DNA of 64,000 nucleotides from an uncultured Candidatus Entotheonella sp. Lineage in GTDB: Bacteria > Tectomicrobia > Entotheonellia > Entotheonellales > Entotheonellaceae. How positions within the stretch are numbered: the stretch's first letter is position 1; every line of letters starts with the position of its first letter. The DNA lies in the NCBI GenBank assembly GCA_965217185.1, contig OZ244252.1, positions 3,552,001-3,616,000 on the forward strand, written 5' to 3'. The notes below the pieces were generated by a model that saw nothing but the letters and a program-made list of their open reading frames with translations, made no database searches and was not told the DNA's origin. This document shows positions 1 through 10,049 of this stretch, one piece after another. A program made the translations under genes and the position numbers.

Positions 1-2484
1 CATCACGGCAGCCTGGACCAGGAAGCCAAGACGATCGCCGAACATCTGCACGAGTTGCAACAGCAGGTCGCGCGCAAAGCCGACCTTGCCGCCGCGGTGG
101 ATACCCACCGGAAAAGACTAACCAGCTTGCAGGCCGAACTACACGAAGCCCAGAAAAACCTGACGCACCTGCAGCAACGACAAAACGCTCTGGAATTGCA
201 ACAGCAGCGACTCCAGGACGTGTCCCGACGCTTGCAGCAACTCCGGCAGGAACAGGACGATCTGGCACCGCAATTGGCCCTTCACCGTCAGCACCTCGCC
301 ACTTATAAAACCCTGCTGCACCAGGAACAGGCCATCACCGCTGCCTACCAAACGTTGCAACAACTCCGCGACCAGGAGCGTGTCTACAGCCAACAGGCGG
401 ACGAATACGCGGCACTAAACCAAAAACTTACAGCCCTCCAACACGCTGTCGCGTCGGCCCGTCAGCGCCTCGACATCCAGTTGCAGACCACCGAGCAGCG
501 GGGTACCGAGACCGACGCGAAACGCCGGATTTGCGAGGCTATCGTGCTGCAGGAATCGTGCATCGTGCAAGCGTACGAAGCATGGCAAGCGGCCCGCCGA
601 CACGATGCTGAAATGTCTCAGACATTGCAACAGCGATACGCCCGGGAACAGGAAAAGGGCCAGATTGAATTAAGCATCCAGCAGAAGCGGCACACGCTGG
701 AGCTGGAACAACGCTCCCTCCTGGACCGGCAGATGGAATACCAGCGGAAGGAAGCCACACTGCCGGCCTGGCAGGAACAGGCGGAGCAATTGCACCAGCA
801 ATTGGCCAATGTCGAACAGCAGGCGCAGCAACTTGAAGGCGTGCGTGCCGCCGGCGCGACGCTGACATTTCAGCTCGACCACGCCCTGCCGCAGAAGCAC
901 GACACGCTGCGCACGGAAATCAGGGACTACGAGGGCAAACGTCTGCTGCTGGAAAACGCCGAGGCACATTGCCCGCTATGCGAAAACACCCTGACCGACC
1001 AGGAACGGCATCGCGTAATGCGGAAGTTGGAGCTGGAAATCGAGCAGCGCGAGCAGCACATCCGCGACATGCAGGACGAACGTGAGCAGTTGCAGGCGCG
1101 GCAGCAGGAACTGAGCTTGGCATGCAAACAGTTGGAAGAGCAAATCGAGCAGGGCAGGGCACTCACAAAACAGCTTGCCGCCGCGCAGGCAGGTCTCGAA
1201 GAGGCCACACGCGCCCGCGACTATTGCGCCGAGGTTTTGCATTCGTTGCAGAAGATTGACGCTCAACTCGCGGCGGGCGCATACGCCCACGAGGACTTGG
1301 CACATCTGGAACGGCTGAACGTCGAACTCGAACAACTGGCCTATGACCCCGAAGCATACGAGGCGTTGCGCGAAAACCTGGCCCGACTCGCCGAAGCCGA
1401 GACCCGGCACCTGCAGTTGCAGCAGGCAAAGGCCGACCTGCTGACCTTAAACACCCAGCGCCAGGAGATAACCCAGCAACAGGCCGTGCTGCGAGAGACC
1501 CTGACCTCAAACCGGTTCGCCCTCAGCGAACAGCAGGAACTACAGGAAATAGCCGAGCGCCTCCAGCGCCTGGATTATCGGCCCGACCAACACAACCTTC
1601 TGCGCCGCAAGCTGCAAGAACAGCAGGGTGTCGAACGCCAGTTCGCGCAACTCGAAACTGCCCGGCGGCATCTGAGCGAAACACGCGCCGTCCTCCAGGG
1701 TCTTGAAGCCACACAAGCTCGCGCCGATTCGGAAACCAAAACACTGAAAGAAGACCACCAGCGGTTCGTGCACGAGGTGCAATCCCTCGACGCGGTGCGC
1801 GCCGACTCCGCCACCGCCGAGGGCCTTGTGCGCACGCTGCGGGAACGGGAAGGGGAGACCCGCGTCGCGCTGGGTCGCAGCCAGTCGCAATATGAGCTGT
1901 GTTTACAGCAGGAAGCCGAACTACAGGCACAACAACAGCAGCGGCAGCATGTGGTGTCTGAACGGCAATTCTACGACGACCTTACCCGCATGTTCGGGAA
2001 GAACGGCATCCAGGCCATCATGATCGAGAACGCCATACCGGAGTTGGAAGAAGAGGCCAATCGCATCCTTTCCCGGGTCAGCGATAACGCCATGCACGTG
2101 ACGCTCGAAACGCAGCGCGACACCCGCACTGGTGGCGTTGCCGAAACGCTCGACATCAAGATCAGCGACGATCTTGGCACGCGCAACTACGAGTTGTACT
2201 CCGGCGGCGAGGCGTTCCGCATCAATTTCGCCCTGCGCATCGCGCTGTCCCGCATGCTGGCCCGGCGCGCCGGCGCCCGCCTCCGCACCCTGGTGATCGA
2301 CGAGGGCTTTGGCACCCAGGACACCCAGGGGCTCGAACGTTTAGTCGAGGTGATCAAGGCCATCCAGAACGACTTCGCCAAAATCATTATCATTACCCAT
2401 CTACGCGAATTGAAGAACGCCTTCGAGACTCATATCGAGGTCACCAAGGACCCGGTGCTCGGTTCTTCCTTCGAGGTGGTTTGA
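1..2484 (+). CDS. sbcC: SbcC/Rad50-family SMC ATPase, 5'-truncated by window edge
   Basis: Frame open from base 1; long coiled coil with CPLC zinc hook; C-terminal YSGGE signature and LVIDEGFG Walker B/D-loop. Confidence 0.9.
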   Translation, partial: HHGSLDQEAKTIAEHLHELQQQVARKADLAAAVDTHRKRLTSLQAELHEAQKNLTHLQQRQNALELQQQRLQDVSRRLQQLRQEQDDLAPQLALHRQHLATYKTLLHQEQAITAAYQTLQQLRDQERVYSQQADEYAALNQKLTALQHAVASARQRLDIQLQTTEQRGTETDAKRRICEAIVLQESCIVQAYEAWQAARRHDAEMSQTLQQRYAREQEKGQIELSIQQKRHTLELEQRSLLDRQMEYQRKEATLPAWQEQAEQLHQQLANVEQQAQQLEGVRAAGATLTFQLDHALPQKHDTLRTEIRDYEGKRLLLENAEAHCPLCENTLTDQERHRVMRKLELEIEQREQHIRDMQDEREQLQARQQELSLACKQLEEQIEQGRALTKQLAAAQAGLEEATRARDYCAEVLHSLQKIDAQLAAGAYAHEDLAHLERLNVELEQLAYDPEAYEALRENLARLAEAETRHLQLQQAKADLLTLNTQRQEITQQQAVLRETLTSNRFALSEQQELQEIAERLQRLDYRPDQHNLLRRKLQEQQGVERQFAQLETARRHLSETRAVLQGLEATQARADSETKTLKEDHQRFVHEVQSLDAVRADSATAEGLVRTLREREGETRVALGRSQSQYELCLQQEAELQAQQQQRQHVVSERQFYDDLTRMFGKNGIQAIMIENAIPELEEEANRILSRVSDNAMHVTLETQRDTRTGGVAETLDIKISDDLGTRNYELYSGGEAFRINFALRIALSRMLARRAGARLRTLVIDEGFGTQDTQGLERLVEVIKAIQNDFAKIIIITHLRELKNAFETHIEVTKDPVLGSSFEVV

Positions 2485-2546
2485 GCAGCCCCACTGCGGG
2501 CGCTTCTTCAACCCGCTGAATCTTTTGAACAGGAACTCGATTCGCT

Positions 2547-3302
2547 ATGGTTAGCGGCAAAGTCTATCTCGTCGGCGCCGGGCCAGGCGCCGCGGACCTG
2601 CTAACCGTGCGCGCCGTCAACGTGCTGGCGCGAGCCGAGATTGTCTTTCACGACGCGCTGATCAACGAGGAAACGCTGTCGCACTGCGCCGCCGAGTGCG
2701 TCCGGGTCCCAGTCGGCACGCGCGGTGGCTTTCGTGTCCCCAACCGGCAAGCGCGCATCCACAAGCTTCTGGCCGAGGCAGCCGGGCGGTACAGCACGAT
2801 CGTCCGTCTCAAGGGCGGTGACCCTTGCGTTTTCGGCCGCGGCGGCGAGGAGATGGAGTTTCTCACCGCGCGCGGCATACCGTGGGAGGTTGTCCCCGGC
2901 ATTAGCGCCGGCGTTGGTGGGCTCTCGGTGCTCGGCTTTCCCGTTACGCATCGGGACGTGTCGTCGTCGGTGACGCTACTGACCGGCAGCCGCACGACCA
3001 CCGGCATGTTCGACGAACTACCGCTGTCGGCGCCCCTCACGCCCTCCCAGACCCTGGTGTTCTACATGTCGTTCCGGCATATCGGTGACATCGCGCACAC
3101 CCTGATGACGCGCGGCATGCCGCCGGAGACGCCGGCTCTGTGTGTTTCCTGGCTGTCGTATCCGCATCAGACGCTGCTCACAGCGCCGCTGTCGCAGATC
3201 GGTGATGCGGTAGCCGCCTCCGAGTTGACGACGCCGTCTCTACTGGCCATCGGTGACGTTGTGGCGTTCTGGCAACGCCTGCAAGCTGGCAGAGACGTGT
3301 GA
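2547..3302 (+). CDS. cobA: Uroporphyrinogen-III C-methyltransferase
   Basis: VYLVGAGPG, RLKGGDP.VFGRGGEE and VVPGIS motifs. Confidence 0.9.
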   Translation: MVSGKVYLVGAGPGAADLLTVRAVNVLARAEIVFHDALINEETLSHCAAECVRVPVGTRGGFRVPNRQARIHKLLAEAAGRYSTIVRLKGGDPCVFGRGGEEMEFLTARGIPWEVVPGISAGVGGLSVLGFPVTHRDVSSSVTLLTGSRTTTGMFDELPLSAPLTPSQTLVFYMSFRHIGDIAHTLMTRGMPPETPALCVSWLSYPHQTLLTAPLSQIGDAVAASELTTPSLLAIGDVVAFWQRLQAGRDV

Positions 3303-4987
3303 GCCATTTCATGGATCAGCAATACGTCAGCGCCATCTTTGACGAAATCGCCAATCTGCTGGAGTTGCGACGGGACGACCCATTTCGCATCCGCGCCTAT
3401 CGCCGGGCCGCGCAAGCGATCCTATCCGTCGACGAGAGCTTGCAGGCAATCGCTCGGCGCGGTGGGCTTGAAGACATTTCAGGCATTGGCAAGACACTCG
3501 CCAGCGAAATCGACGAACTCCTCGACACCGGCCGACTTCGTTATTACGACCACCTGAAAAGTACGGTGCCCGAGGGCCTGCCAACCCTACTACGCCTCCC
3601 AAGTCTGACAATACAGCAGGCACGCACCTTGTGGCAGCACCATCGGATCACCTCTCTGAAGCAACTTGCCCAGGCTTACCGAGCCGACCAGACACTCCTG
3701 GACGCAGCCACGCTTGCCGTCTTAGGTAGGGACTTGGCGGCCTGGGAGCGGGGCGAGTATCGCATGTTGCTCGGCATCGCCCGCCCGCGCGCCGAAGCCC
3801 TGGCACATAACCTCGCAAGGCTCTCGACTGTGCAACAGATTGAAATCGCCGGCAGTATCCGCCGCGGCACGAGCTTGGTGGGGGACATCAATATCGTCAT
3901 GGGCTCCGAGGACCCGGAGGGCCTAATTCGATATTGCCGTCGTCAGCCGGAAGTAACTCAGATTCTCGACAGCGAGGCAACTTCAACGGTGATGCTCATC
4001 TCCGAGGGTCTGCGCGTCTCGCTCGCCGCCATGCCGCCGGCGCAGTTTGGAGGCGCCCTGCTGCTGGGCACCGGTTCCGATGCCCACTTGGCCGCGCTGC
4101 AGCGGCGGGCTCAACTTCACGGCTGGTACCTCAATAAGCACGCCGCGGCAGAAGAAGCGGACCTGTACGAACTGCTGGGATTGCCCTTTATCGCCCCTGA
4201 ATTGAGGGAGGGCCGCGGGGAGATTGAAGCGGCGGAAGCGGATAATCTGCCGCAACTCGTGTCGCAGCAAGATGTGCTTGGCGATTTTCGCGTCGGCAGC
4301 CATTGGGGAGACGGTGCCAACGGCCTGGACCAGATTGCCCAAGCCGCCCGGAAGATGGGCTACCAGTACGTGGGCATCTGCGATGCCGCCTACTCAGCCA
4401 CCACAGGCCGCGGGCTCACTCCTGGCGAGCTCGAGCAGCAGATTGCTTCGATCGAGTTGATGAACGCCGCCTTGCCGGACGATTTCCGCCTGCTGGCCGG
4501 TGCGGAAGTCGACATTTCACCCGACGGCGGCCTTCAGGCCCCTGCGGAGCTGCTACAGACGTGCGACGTGGTGGTCGCCGCCACACGCACCGGCCTCAAT
4601 GAACCGCGCCGTCAGCTGACCCGCCGTTTGTGCAAGGCCATGGAGAATCCACTCGTCCACATTCTGGCACCCCCACCCAGGCGCTCTCCGGGTGACCCGG
4701 AGATGCCGCCCATCGACATAGAAGCGATCCTGGAAACCGCAGCCGCCACCAATACGTGCCTGGAAATCAATAGCCATCCCCGGCATCCCGGCCTGCCGGA
4801 TGTCCACGTACGCCAAGCCAGGGACAGCGGCGTGATGCTCACCATCGGCTCCGGCGCGCAGCGCATACGTGAGATGCAGTCCATGGCCCTCGGCGTGACG
4901 ACGGCGCGCCGCGGTTGGGCAGAACCGCGGCATCTGCTCAATACCCGGCCACTCCAAGCAATTATGCAATTTCTGAAAAAGGCGTAA
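3299..4987 (+). CDS. polX: DNA polymerase X/PHP fusion protein, catalytic motifs degenerate
   Basis: PFRIRAYRRAA, GIGK HhH, AGSIRR, TGS, FIAPELREG, LEINS, ARRGW motifs; GDID reads GDIN and PHP histidines are absent. Confidence 0.88.
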   Translation: MSHFMDQQYVSAIFDEIANLLELRRDDPFRIRAYRRAAQAILSVDESLQAIARRGGLEDISGIGKTLASEIDELLDTGRLRYYDHLKSTVPEGLPTLLRLPSLTIQQARTLWQHHRITSLKQLAQAYRADQTLLDAATLAVLGRDLAAWERGEYRMLLGIARPRAEALAHNLARLSTVQQIEIAGSIRRGTSLVGDINIVMGSEDPEGLIRYCRRQPEVTQILDSEATSTVMLISEGLRVSLAAMPPAQFGGALLLGTGSDAHLAALQRRAQLHGWYLNKHAAAEEADLYELLGLPFIAPELREGRGEIEAAEADNLPQLVSQQDVLGDFRVGSHWGDGANGLDQIAQAARKMGYQYVGICDAAYSATTGRGLTPGELEQQIASIELMNAALPDDFRLLAGAEVDISPDGGLQAPAELLQTCDVVVAATRTGLNEPRRQLTRRLCKAMENPLVHILAPPPRRSPGDPEMPPIDIEAILETAAATNTCLEINSHPRHPGLPDVHVRQARDSGVMLTIGSGAQRIREMQSMALGVTTARRGWAEPRHLLNTRPLQAIMQFLKKA

Positions 4988-5007
4988 GGAGACGGGGAGT
5001 TGCGCTT

Positions 5008-5604
5008 TCAGAGGTCGTGCCGGCCTTCCAGCGAGCGGCTCAGCGTGATTTCGTCGGCGTATTCGAGATGGCCGCCGACCGGCAGGCCGTGCGCGAGGCG
5101 CGTGAGGCGGACGCCGTGGGGTTTCACGAGGCGGGCAAGGTAGAGGACGGTGGCTTCGCCCTCGGTGTTGGGATTAGTCGCGCAGATGATTTCGCGGATG
5201 CCGCCCTGTTCTACTCGGGCCAACAGAGCATCGATCGTCAGTTGGTCGGGCCCGATGCCGTCGAGCGGCGACAGCGCGCCCATGAGGACGTGGTACAGAC
5301 CCTTGTAAACCCCGGTGCGCTCGATGAGAAACACGTCGCTCGGGTCTTCCACCACGCAAATGAGGGCGCGGTCGCGCGACGGGTCGGTGCACAGCGTGCA
5401 GGGGTCAACCTCCGTAATGCCGCGGCAGCGCGAGCAAAAGATGATCTTCTCTTTCACTTCCACAATCGCCCGAGCAAGGCGCTGGGCACGTTCCTGTGGG
5501 GTTCGCAGGATAAAGAAGGCGAGGCGCTGGGCGGTTTTCTCACCGACGCCGGGCAGGCGGCAAAGCTCTTCCATCAGGATGGAAAGCGTGCGTGGTCGGA
5601 ACAT
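5008..5604 (-). CDS. recR: Recombination mediator RecR
   Basis: LPGVGEKTAQRLAF HhH, C4 zinc finger, ICVVE Toprim, GLPVGGHLEYAD. Confidence 0.97.
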   Translation of the reverse strand: MFRPRTLSILMEELCRLPGVGEKTAQRLAFFILRTPQERAQRLARAIVEVKEKIIFCSRCRGITEVDPCTLCTDPSRDRALICVVEDPSDVFLIERTGVYKGLYHVLMGALSPLDGIGPDQLTIDALLARVEQGGIREIICATNPNTEGEATVLYLARLVKPHGVRLTRLAHGLPVGGHLEYADEITLSRSLEGRHDL

Positions 5605-5624
5605 AACGGATTCCCTGCCGCGGC

Positions 5625-5939
5625 TCAGAAGAGACCGGGGATTTTCATCCCGCCGGTCAGCTTGCTCATCTCGTCGGAAATCATCTCCTGAGACTTGCGC
5701 AGGGCTTCGTTAACACCAGCCAGAACAAGGTCTTCAAGCATTTCGATGTCATCCGGGTCAACGACCTGCGGCTCGATCTTGAGGCGCAGGACCTCGTTTT
5801 TGCCGTTGACCGTGACCGACACCATGCCGCCGCCGACCGATGCCTCGATGGTCCGCTGGGCGAGTTCCTCTTGCATCTTGACCATCTTCTGCTGCATTTG
5901 CTGGGCCTGTTTGAACAGGTTGCCCATACCACCCTTCAT
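5625..5939 (-). CDS. ybaB: Nucleoid-associated protein YbaB/EbfC
   Basis: KQAQQMQ..GGGMV..EMLEDLV motifs; AGGAG RBS before ATG 5939; between dnaX and recR. Confidence 0.95.
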   Translation of the reverse strand: MKGGMGNLFKQAQQMQQKMVKMQEELAQRTIEASVGGGMVSVTVNGKNEVLRLKIEPQVVDPDDIEMLEDLVLAGVNEALRKSQEMISDEMSKLTGGMKIPGLF

Positions 5940-5949
5940 CATATGCTCC

Positions 5950-7593
5950 TCATCGAGGTACGGCTTGAAAAATATCCAGGACGGCTTGCTTGAAGGCGAG
6001 TTTGCTCTGCTGCATGTCCTCCAAGGTGGGCTCGTCCGAGTCGGTTGCGGCAGCGCCGGGGACCGAAGCAGTATCCGGCTCTTCATCCGGCAGCGATTCG
6101 ATAACGACCTGGAAATCCGGCCCGAAAAGCCCCTGGGCAATTTCCCGGACGGCGGCAAGGTTTTCGGCCTCACGCAGTCTCGACAGATGGAACGCGTCGC
6201 GTTCGTGTATGCCAATCGTCAACTTGTTGTCCTGATTGGAAACGACGGTGCCCTGCTCCAGACACCCCGCCAACGAAGGGCGTTTCTGTGCAACGTGCTC
6301 CTGCAACATGCGCCAAGGATCACCTTCGGATGACGGCGGTGCCTCGGGCGCGGCGGTGATAGCCGTTTCCGATACCGACGCTTCGTGCACCGTGCTCACG
6401 GCCGGCTCAGGCATGGCAACAGGGTAGGACGTCGTCGCTGGTGCCGGAGCCTGCTCGTCGCCAACCTGTTGCAGGTAGTCCAACACCGATTGCAGCGGCT
6501 GCACCTGGCCGATGCAGGCCATGCGCACCAGCGCCATTTCGAGAATCAACATCGGATTGCTGGCATACCGCAGCGCCCCTTCCGCCGCCGACAGCGTGTG
6601 AAACTGCCCGTAGATCTCCTCCGGGCTAACCGCGTCCGCAATACGGCGCAGCGCCGTCATGTCTGCCTCCGACAGCGGGACCAGACTCTCCGGATGCGGC
6701 ACCGTCTTGAGCACAATGAGATGCCGCAGCGCTTCCAGCAACGCCTTCATGATACTGCCGGCCTCATAACCCTCCATCTGCAGTCGGCCGACGGTGCGCA
6801 AGGCCGTTTCAGCGTCCTGTCGGAACAGGGCATCCAGACACGCCACCAGCGGTTCGCTGCCCACGTGCCCGAGGATCTGCCGCACCTCGTCATCCTGAAT
6901 ATCCGTACCACAGAAGGCAATGACCTGATCAAGCAGGCTCTGACCATCGCGCATGCTGCCCTCCGCAGCGCGCGCGATATGCGCCAAGCTGGCCGGCGAT
7001 ATGGTGATGCCCTCGCTCTGCGTGATCGCGGCCAGTTGCTCGCTGATGCCCGCCAGCGAGACGCGCTTGAACTCGAACCGCTGACAGCGGGAGACAATGG
7101 TGAGGGGGATTTTTTCCAACTCGGTGGTGGCAAAAACGAACACGACGTGCGGCGGCGGCTCCTCAAGCGTCTTGAGCAGCGCGTTAAACGCCTCCTTGGT
7201 CAACATGTGGACTTCATCAATGATGTAAATCTTGTAGCGTCCGCCTGACGGCAGGTAGCGCAACTGCTCACGCAGGTCACGTATCTCGTCGATACCGCGG
7301 TTGGAAGCGCCGTCGATTTCAATGATGTCCAGGTAGGAACCTTGCGTGATTTCTTGGCAGGATTGGCAGGTGTTGCACGGTTGAACGGTGGGGCCTTGCT
7401 CGCAGTTGAGGGCTTTGGCCAGCAGGCGGGCCATGGTAGTTTTGCCGACACCGCGGGTACCCGAAAACAGGTAGGCGTGGGCAACGCGGTTGAGCTGGAT
7501 AGCGTTTTTCAGGGTTCGGGTGACGTGCTGCTGCTCGACGATGTCGTCGAACGTTTGGGGGCGCCATCTCCGTGCGGTGACTTGGTACCCCAT
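5950..7593 (-). CDS. dnaX: DNA polymerase III subunit gamma/tau
   Basis: [38 protein letters not shown]. Confidence 0.97.
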   Translation of the reverse strand: MGYQVTARRWRPQTFDDIVEQQHVTRTLKNAIQLNRVAHAYLFSGTRGVGKTTMARLLAKALNCEQGPTVQPCNTCQSCQEITQGSYLDIIEIDGASNRGIDEIRDLREQLRYLPSGGRYKIYIIDEVHMLTKEAFNALLKTLEEPPPHVVFVFATTELEKIPLTIVSRCQRFEFKRVSLAGISEQLAAITQSEGITISPASLAHIARAAEGSMRDGQSLLDQVIAFCGTDIQDDEVRQILGHVGSEPLVACLDALFRQDAETALRTVGRLQMEGYEAGSIMKALLEALRHLIVLKTVPHPESLVPLSEADMTALRRIADAVSPEEIYGQFHTLSAAEGALRYASNPMLILEMALVRMACIGQVQPLQSVLDYLQQVGDEQAPAPATTSYPVAMPEPAVSTVHEASVSETAITAAPEAPPSSEGDPWRMLQEHVAQKRPSLAGCLEQGTVVSNQDNKLTIGIHERDAFHLSRLREAENLAAVREIAQGLFGPDFQVVIESLPDEEPDTASVPGAAATDSDEPTLEDMQQSKLAFKQAVLDIFQAVPR

Positions 7594-7638
7594 AGATATC
7601 TCCATCGGCATCGACTGCAGTGAACCACGATTCCAGAC

Positions 7639-7911
7639 GGCCGTGCACCCAGTCTCGACCTATCGGAGCGAAAAACCGCTTCCCATAGCGAGCTCAGATC
7701 AGGCACTCCTGCGGCCCCCGAGGAAAGTTGCTTACGGCTGCTTCCTTCCGGACCTGACCGGATTCACAACGCCTCGTGGCACAGGACCCAATCTTCAAAG
7801 CTGTTTATGGGGCAAACCTTCCGCCCGATGGGGCCTCAACATGAGGAATTCCGTCCCGCTATAGCGGATTGCGGGTTACAGGGCACCGCTACCTCCCCAC
7901 CTAGCACGACC
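7639..7911 (-). ncRNA. ffs: Signal recognition particle RNA, large (Alu-containing) bacterial type, ~270 nt
   Basis: Minus strand begins GGTCGTGCTAGGTGGGGAGGTAGCGGTGCCCTGT (scRNA-like Alu 5' end), contains helix 8 GTCAGGTCCGGAAGGAAGCAGC, ends GTGCACGGCC pairing with the 5' end. Confidence 0.92.
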
Positions 7912-7951
7912 TTTCTTGCGCTCTGCTGCTTCCGCCATTTACGCTGGTGAA

Positions 7952-8039
7952 CGGAGAGGGTGGGATTCGAACCCACGGGGCACTTTTGGCACCCACGCGC
8001 TCTCCAGGCGCGCCGATTCGACCGCTCTCGCACCTCTCC
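7952..8039 (-). tRNA. tRNA-Ser(GGA)
   Basis: Cloverleaf with long variable arm; anticodon arm CGCGC-CTGGAGA-GCGCG; GTTCGAATC T-loop; CCA not encoded. Confidence 0.96.
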
Positions 8040-8060
8040 TCTTCACTGGCGACAAAAAAG

Positions 8061-8145
8061 CGGAGAGAGAGGGATTTGAACCCCCGGTACCCGTAGGTAC
8101 AGTTGATTTCGAATCAACCGCCTTCAACCGCTCGGCCATCTCTCC
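8061..8145 (-). tRNA. tRNA-Ser(CGA)
   Basis: Anticodon arm GTTGA-TTCGAAA-TCAAC; long variable arm; GTTCAAATC. Confidence 0.96.
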
Positions 8146-8228
8146 GTGATTGCTGGTTCCGCGTGTGCATGCGGCGTCTGCGGCGCGCTGGACTAAACGC
8201 CGCACCGCCTCGTGCTCTGCAAACCATG

Positions 8229-8684
8229 TTACCGACGTAAGTTCCGAAAGAACATGGTGAGCAAAGCACTACATTCCGCCTCGCAGACGCCGCTGACAAC
8301 CGGAAATGTGTGATTGAGTCGTTGACTGCCTAGAATGTCGAATTGCGAGCCGCAGGCACCGACCTTCGGGTCGTGACAGCCAAACACGAGCCGCTCAATT
8401 CGGCTCAGAATCGCGGCGCCGAGGCACATGATACAGGGTTCAAGAGTGACGTACAAGACAGCCTCAGTGAGGTACCAGGTGCGGATTTTTTGGGCCGCTT
8501 GGCGCAGGGCCAACACCTCCGCGTGGGCCGTCGGATCGCCCAACGTCTGCCGCTGGTTGTAACCCTGGCCGATGATCTCATCATCCACAACGACAACCGC
8601 CCCAACAGGCACATCGGCTGCATGCAACGCCTTGCGGGCCTCGCACAGCGCCGCTTGCATGAAGTATTGGTGATCGATCTGCAC
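8229..8684 (-). CDS. tadA: tRNA adenosine(34) deaminase TadA
   Basis: VPVGA, DPTAHAE, TLEPCIMC motifs; start uncertain (GTG 8684 or ATG 8660; GTG 8726 lies inside a terminator hairpin). Confidence 0.95.
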   Translation of the reverse strand: MQIDHQYFMQAALCEARKALHAADVPVGAVVVVDDEIIGQGYNQRQTLGDPTAHAEVLALRQAAQKIRTWYLTEAVLYVTLEPCIMCLGAAILSRIERLVFGCHDPKVGACGSQFDILGSQRLNHTFPVVSGVCEAECSALLTMFFRNLRR

Positions 8685-8711
8685 GTCGGCGGGACTTCCT
8701 GACGTTCGGGG

Positions 8712-8747
8712 AAAAAATAAGGGCACCCTTTTCAGGAGGTGCCCTTA
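8712..8747 (-). terminator. Intrinsic terminator after tRNA-Arg
   Basis: TAAGGGCACC...GGTGCCCTTA inverted repeat followed by a T run on the minus strand. Confidence 0.75.
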
Positions 8748-8756
8748 CGTAGGAAA

Positions 8757-8830
8757 CGCGCCGAAGAGGAGTTGAACCCCCAGCCTCCAGATCCGTAGTC
8801 TGGCGCTCTATCCAATTGAGCTACCGGCGC
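8757..8830 (-). tRNA. tRNA-Arg(ACG)
   Basis: GCGCCGGTAGCTCAATTGGATAGAGC; anticodon arm CCAGA-CTACGGA-TCTGG. Confidence 0.96.
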
Positions 8831-8845
8831 TCAGGAGCGATGTGA

Positions 8846-8935
8846 CGGAGAGGGAGGGATTCGAACCCTCGTAGCACTTTTTAGGCGCTAAATCGCTTAG
8901 CAGGCGATCACCTTCAGCCGCTCGGTCACCTCTCC
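8846..8935 (-). tRNA. tRNA-Ser(GCT)
   Basis: Anticodon arm ATCGC-CTGCTAA-GCGAT; long variable arm. Confidence 0.96.
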
Positions 8936-8977
8936 AGGGTAGGAACGGGTGCGTGCGAACCGGCGTGAGCAGAGCCA

Positions 8978-9061
<84 letters not shown>

Positions 9062-9122
9062 CGCATCCAGGAACATTCAGTGTCAGCGTTCAGGCACGCT
9101 TGGTATTCGTTCAAAGCGGGAA

Positions 9123-9152
9123 AGGATAGCACGATACCAAGGAAAGCTTCAA
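9123..9152 (-). promoter_or_regulatory. Putative sigma70 promoter of the tRNA cluster
   Basis: TTGAAG-N18-TATCCT with TG extension, ~60 nt upstream of tRNA-Ser(TGA). Confidence 0.45.
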
Positions 9153-9165
9153 GACATTCCTTCTG

Positions 9166-9477
9166 CTATGCCGACGCACCGTTGGAGTTTCCCGGAAGCA
9201 GCGGGCCGCCCTCACCCGTATCATCCGTCTCATCGATGTCGTCCTCCCCGTCCTCCTCAATGCGTACCGCGCCGACGAGGCGCTGGTCAGCTCGCAGATT
9301 GATGAGCCGTACGCCCTGTGTATTGCGACCGGTGGGCCGGATATCGCCGACCGGTAGGCGGACCAGGTTGCCTTGATCGCTCATAGCCATGACGTCGTCC
9401 TCGTCGAAAACCTGTAAGATGACCATGACCGGACCGGAGCAGTCTTGACCGTGACGCGCAGATTGATGAGTCCCTTG
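9166..9477 (-). pseudogene. gyrA: Duplicated gyrA 3' fragment (direct repeat of 10324-10630)
   Basis: Near-identical to the last ~100 codons of gyrA, with mostly third-position changes and a small indel near 9435. Confidence 0.92.
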
Positions 9478-9527
9478 GCATTTCGCAAGCAGTGCTGCTC
9501 AGCGGCTGGTATTGCTTTTTCCTCAGT

Positions 9528-9977
9528 TTAATCAGAAGCAACCGTCTGTTGGATTTGTTGAACTGCACAACATCTCGCTTCGGTCCAATCCGTGTCTATG
9601 TCGTGAGCTTGGCATTGATTCCAAGAGGAATATAGTGGGCCTTCGTTACCGCCGGCGGAACATCCGGTAACAACGTACCCAGTCAGACAAAACGCCACAC
9701 GACCATCCCTCCGATCAGTCGTGCAAATTAGTTCCATGCGCGGAGCTTCGCCTTCAGGGCCTTGAGGACCAAGTTCGCCTTTAAAATTACCCGACTCATT
9801 CATTCTGTCTAACAGGACATTACGATAACTTGATGTATCGATAATTTTACGAGCAACCTCATTGAGCTGGCTATCCGTTATAGTCTTCTCCCACAATCCT
9901 GTATAGAGACTCACCCCAGTCACAACAGCGGTACCGATTAAAAAAGCGGTCACCGCAATTATGATTTCTCTTCTCAT
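9528..9977 (-). CDS. Membrane-anchored/secreted protein with short collagen (GXY) stretch and resistin-like Cys-rich C-terminal domain
   Basis: Strong RBS (GAGGAGGTGGAG); N-terminal hydrophobic segment; KGELGPQGPEGE; C-x11-C-x8-C...C...DWTEARCC; lower GC than flanks. Confidence 0.75.
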   Translation of the reverse strand: MRREIIIAVTAFLIGTAVVTGVSLYTGLWEKTITDSQLNEVARKIIDTSSYRNVLLDRMNESGNFKGELGPQGPEGEAPRMELICTTDRRDGRVAFCLTGYVVTGCSAGGNEGPLYSSWNQCQAHDIDTDWTEARCCAVQQIQQTVASD

Positions 9978-10049
9978 CGCTCACTCCACCTCCTCATTCA
10001 GTGCTGCGAGACCACAGGTATTTTTCAAATGTCGAACCAATGATACCCA

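Noticed and set aside
5625..6215. 196 aa extended YbaB
   Set aside because: The extension overlaps dnaX; RBS and family length support the start at 5939
5950..7593. Programmed frameshift site producing DnaX gamma
   Set aside because: No A AAA AAG or long A/T slippery run noticed
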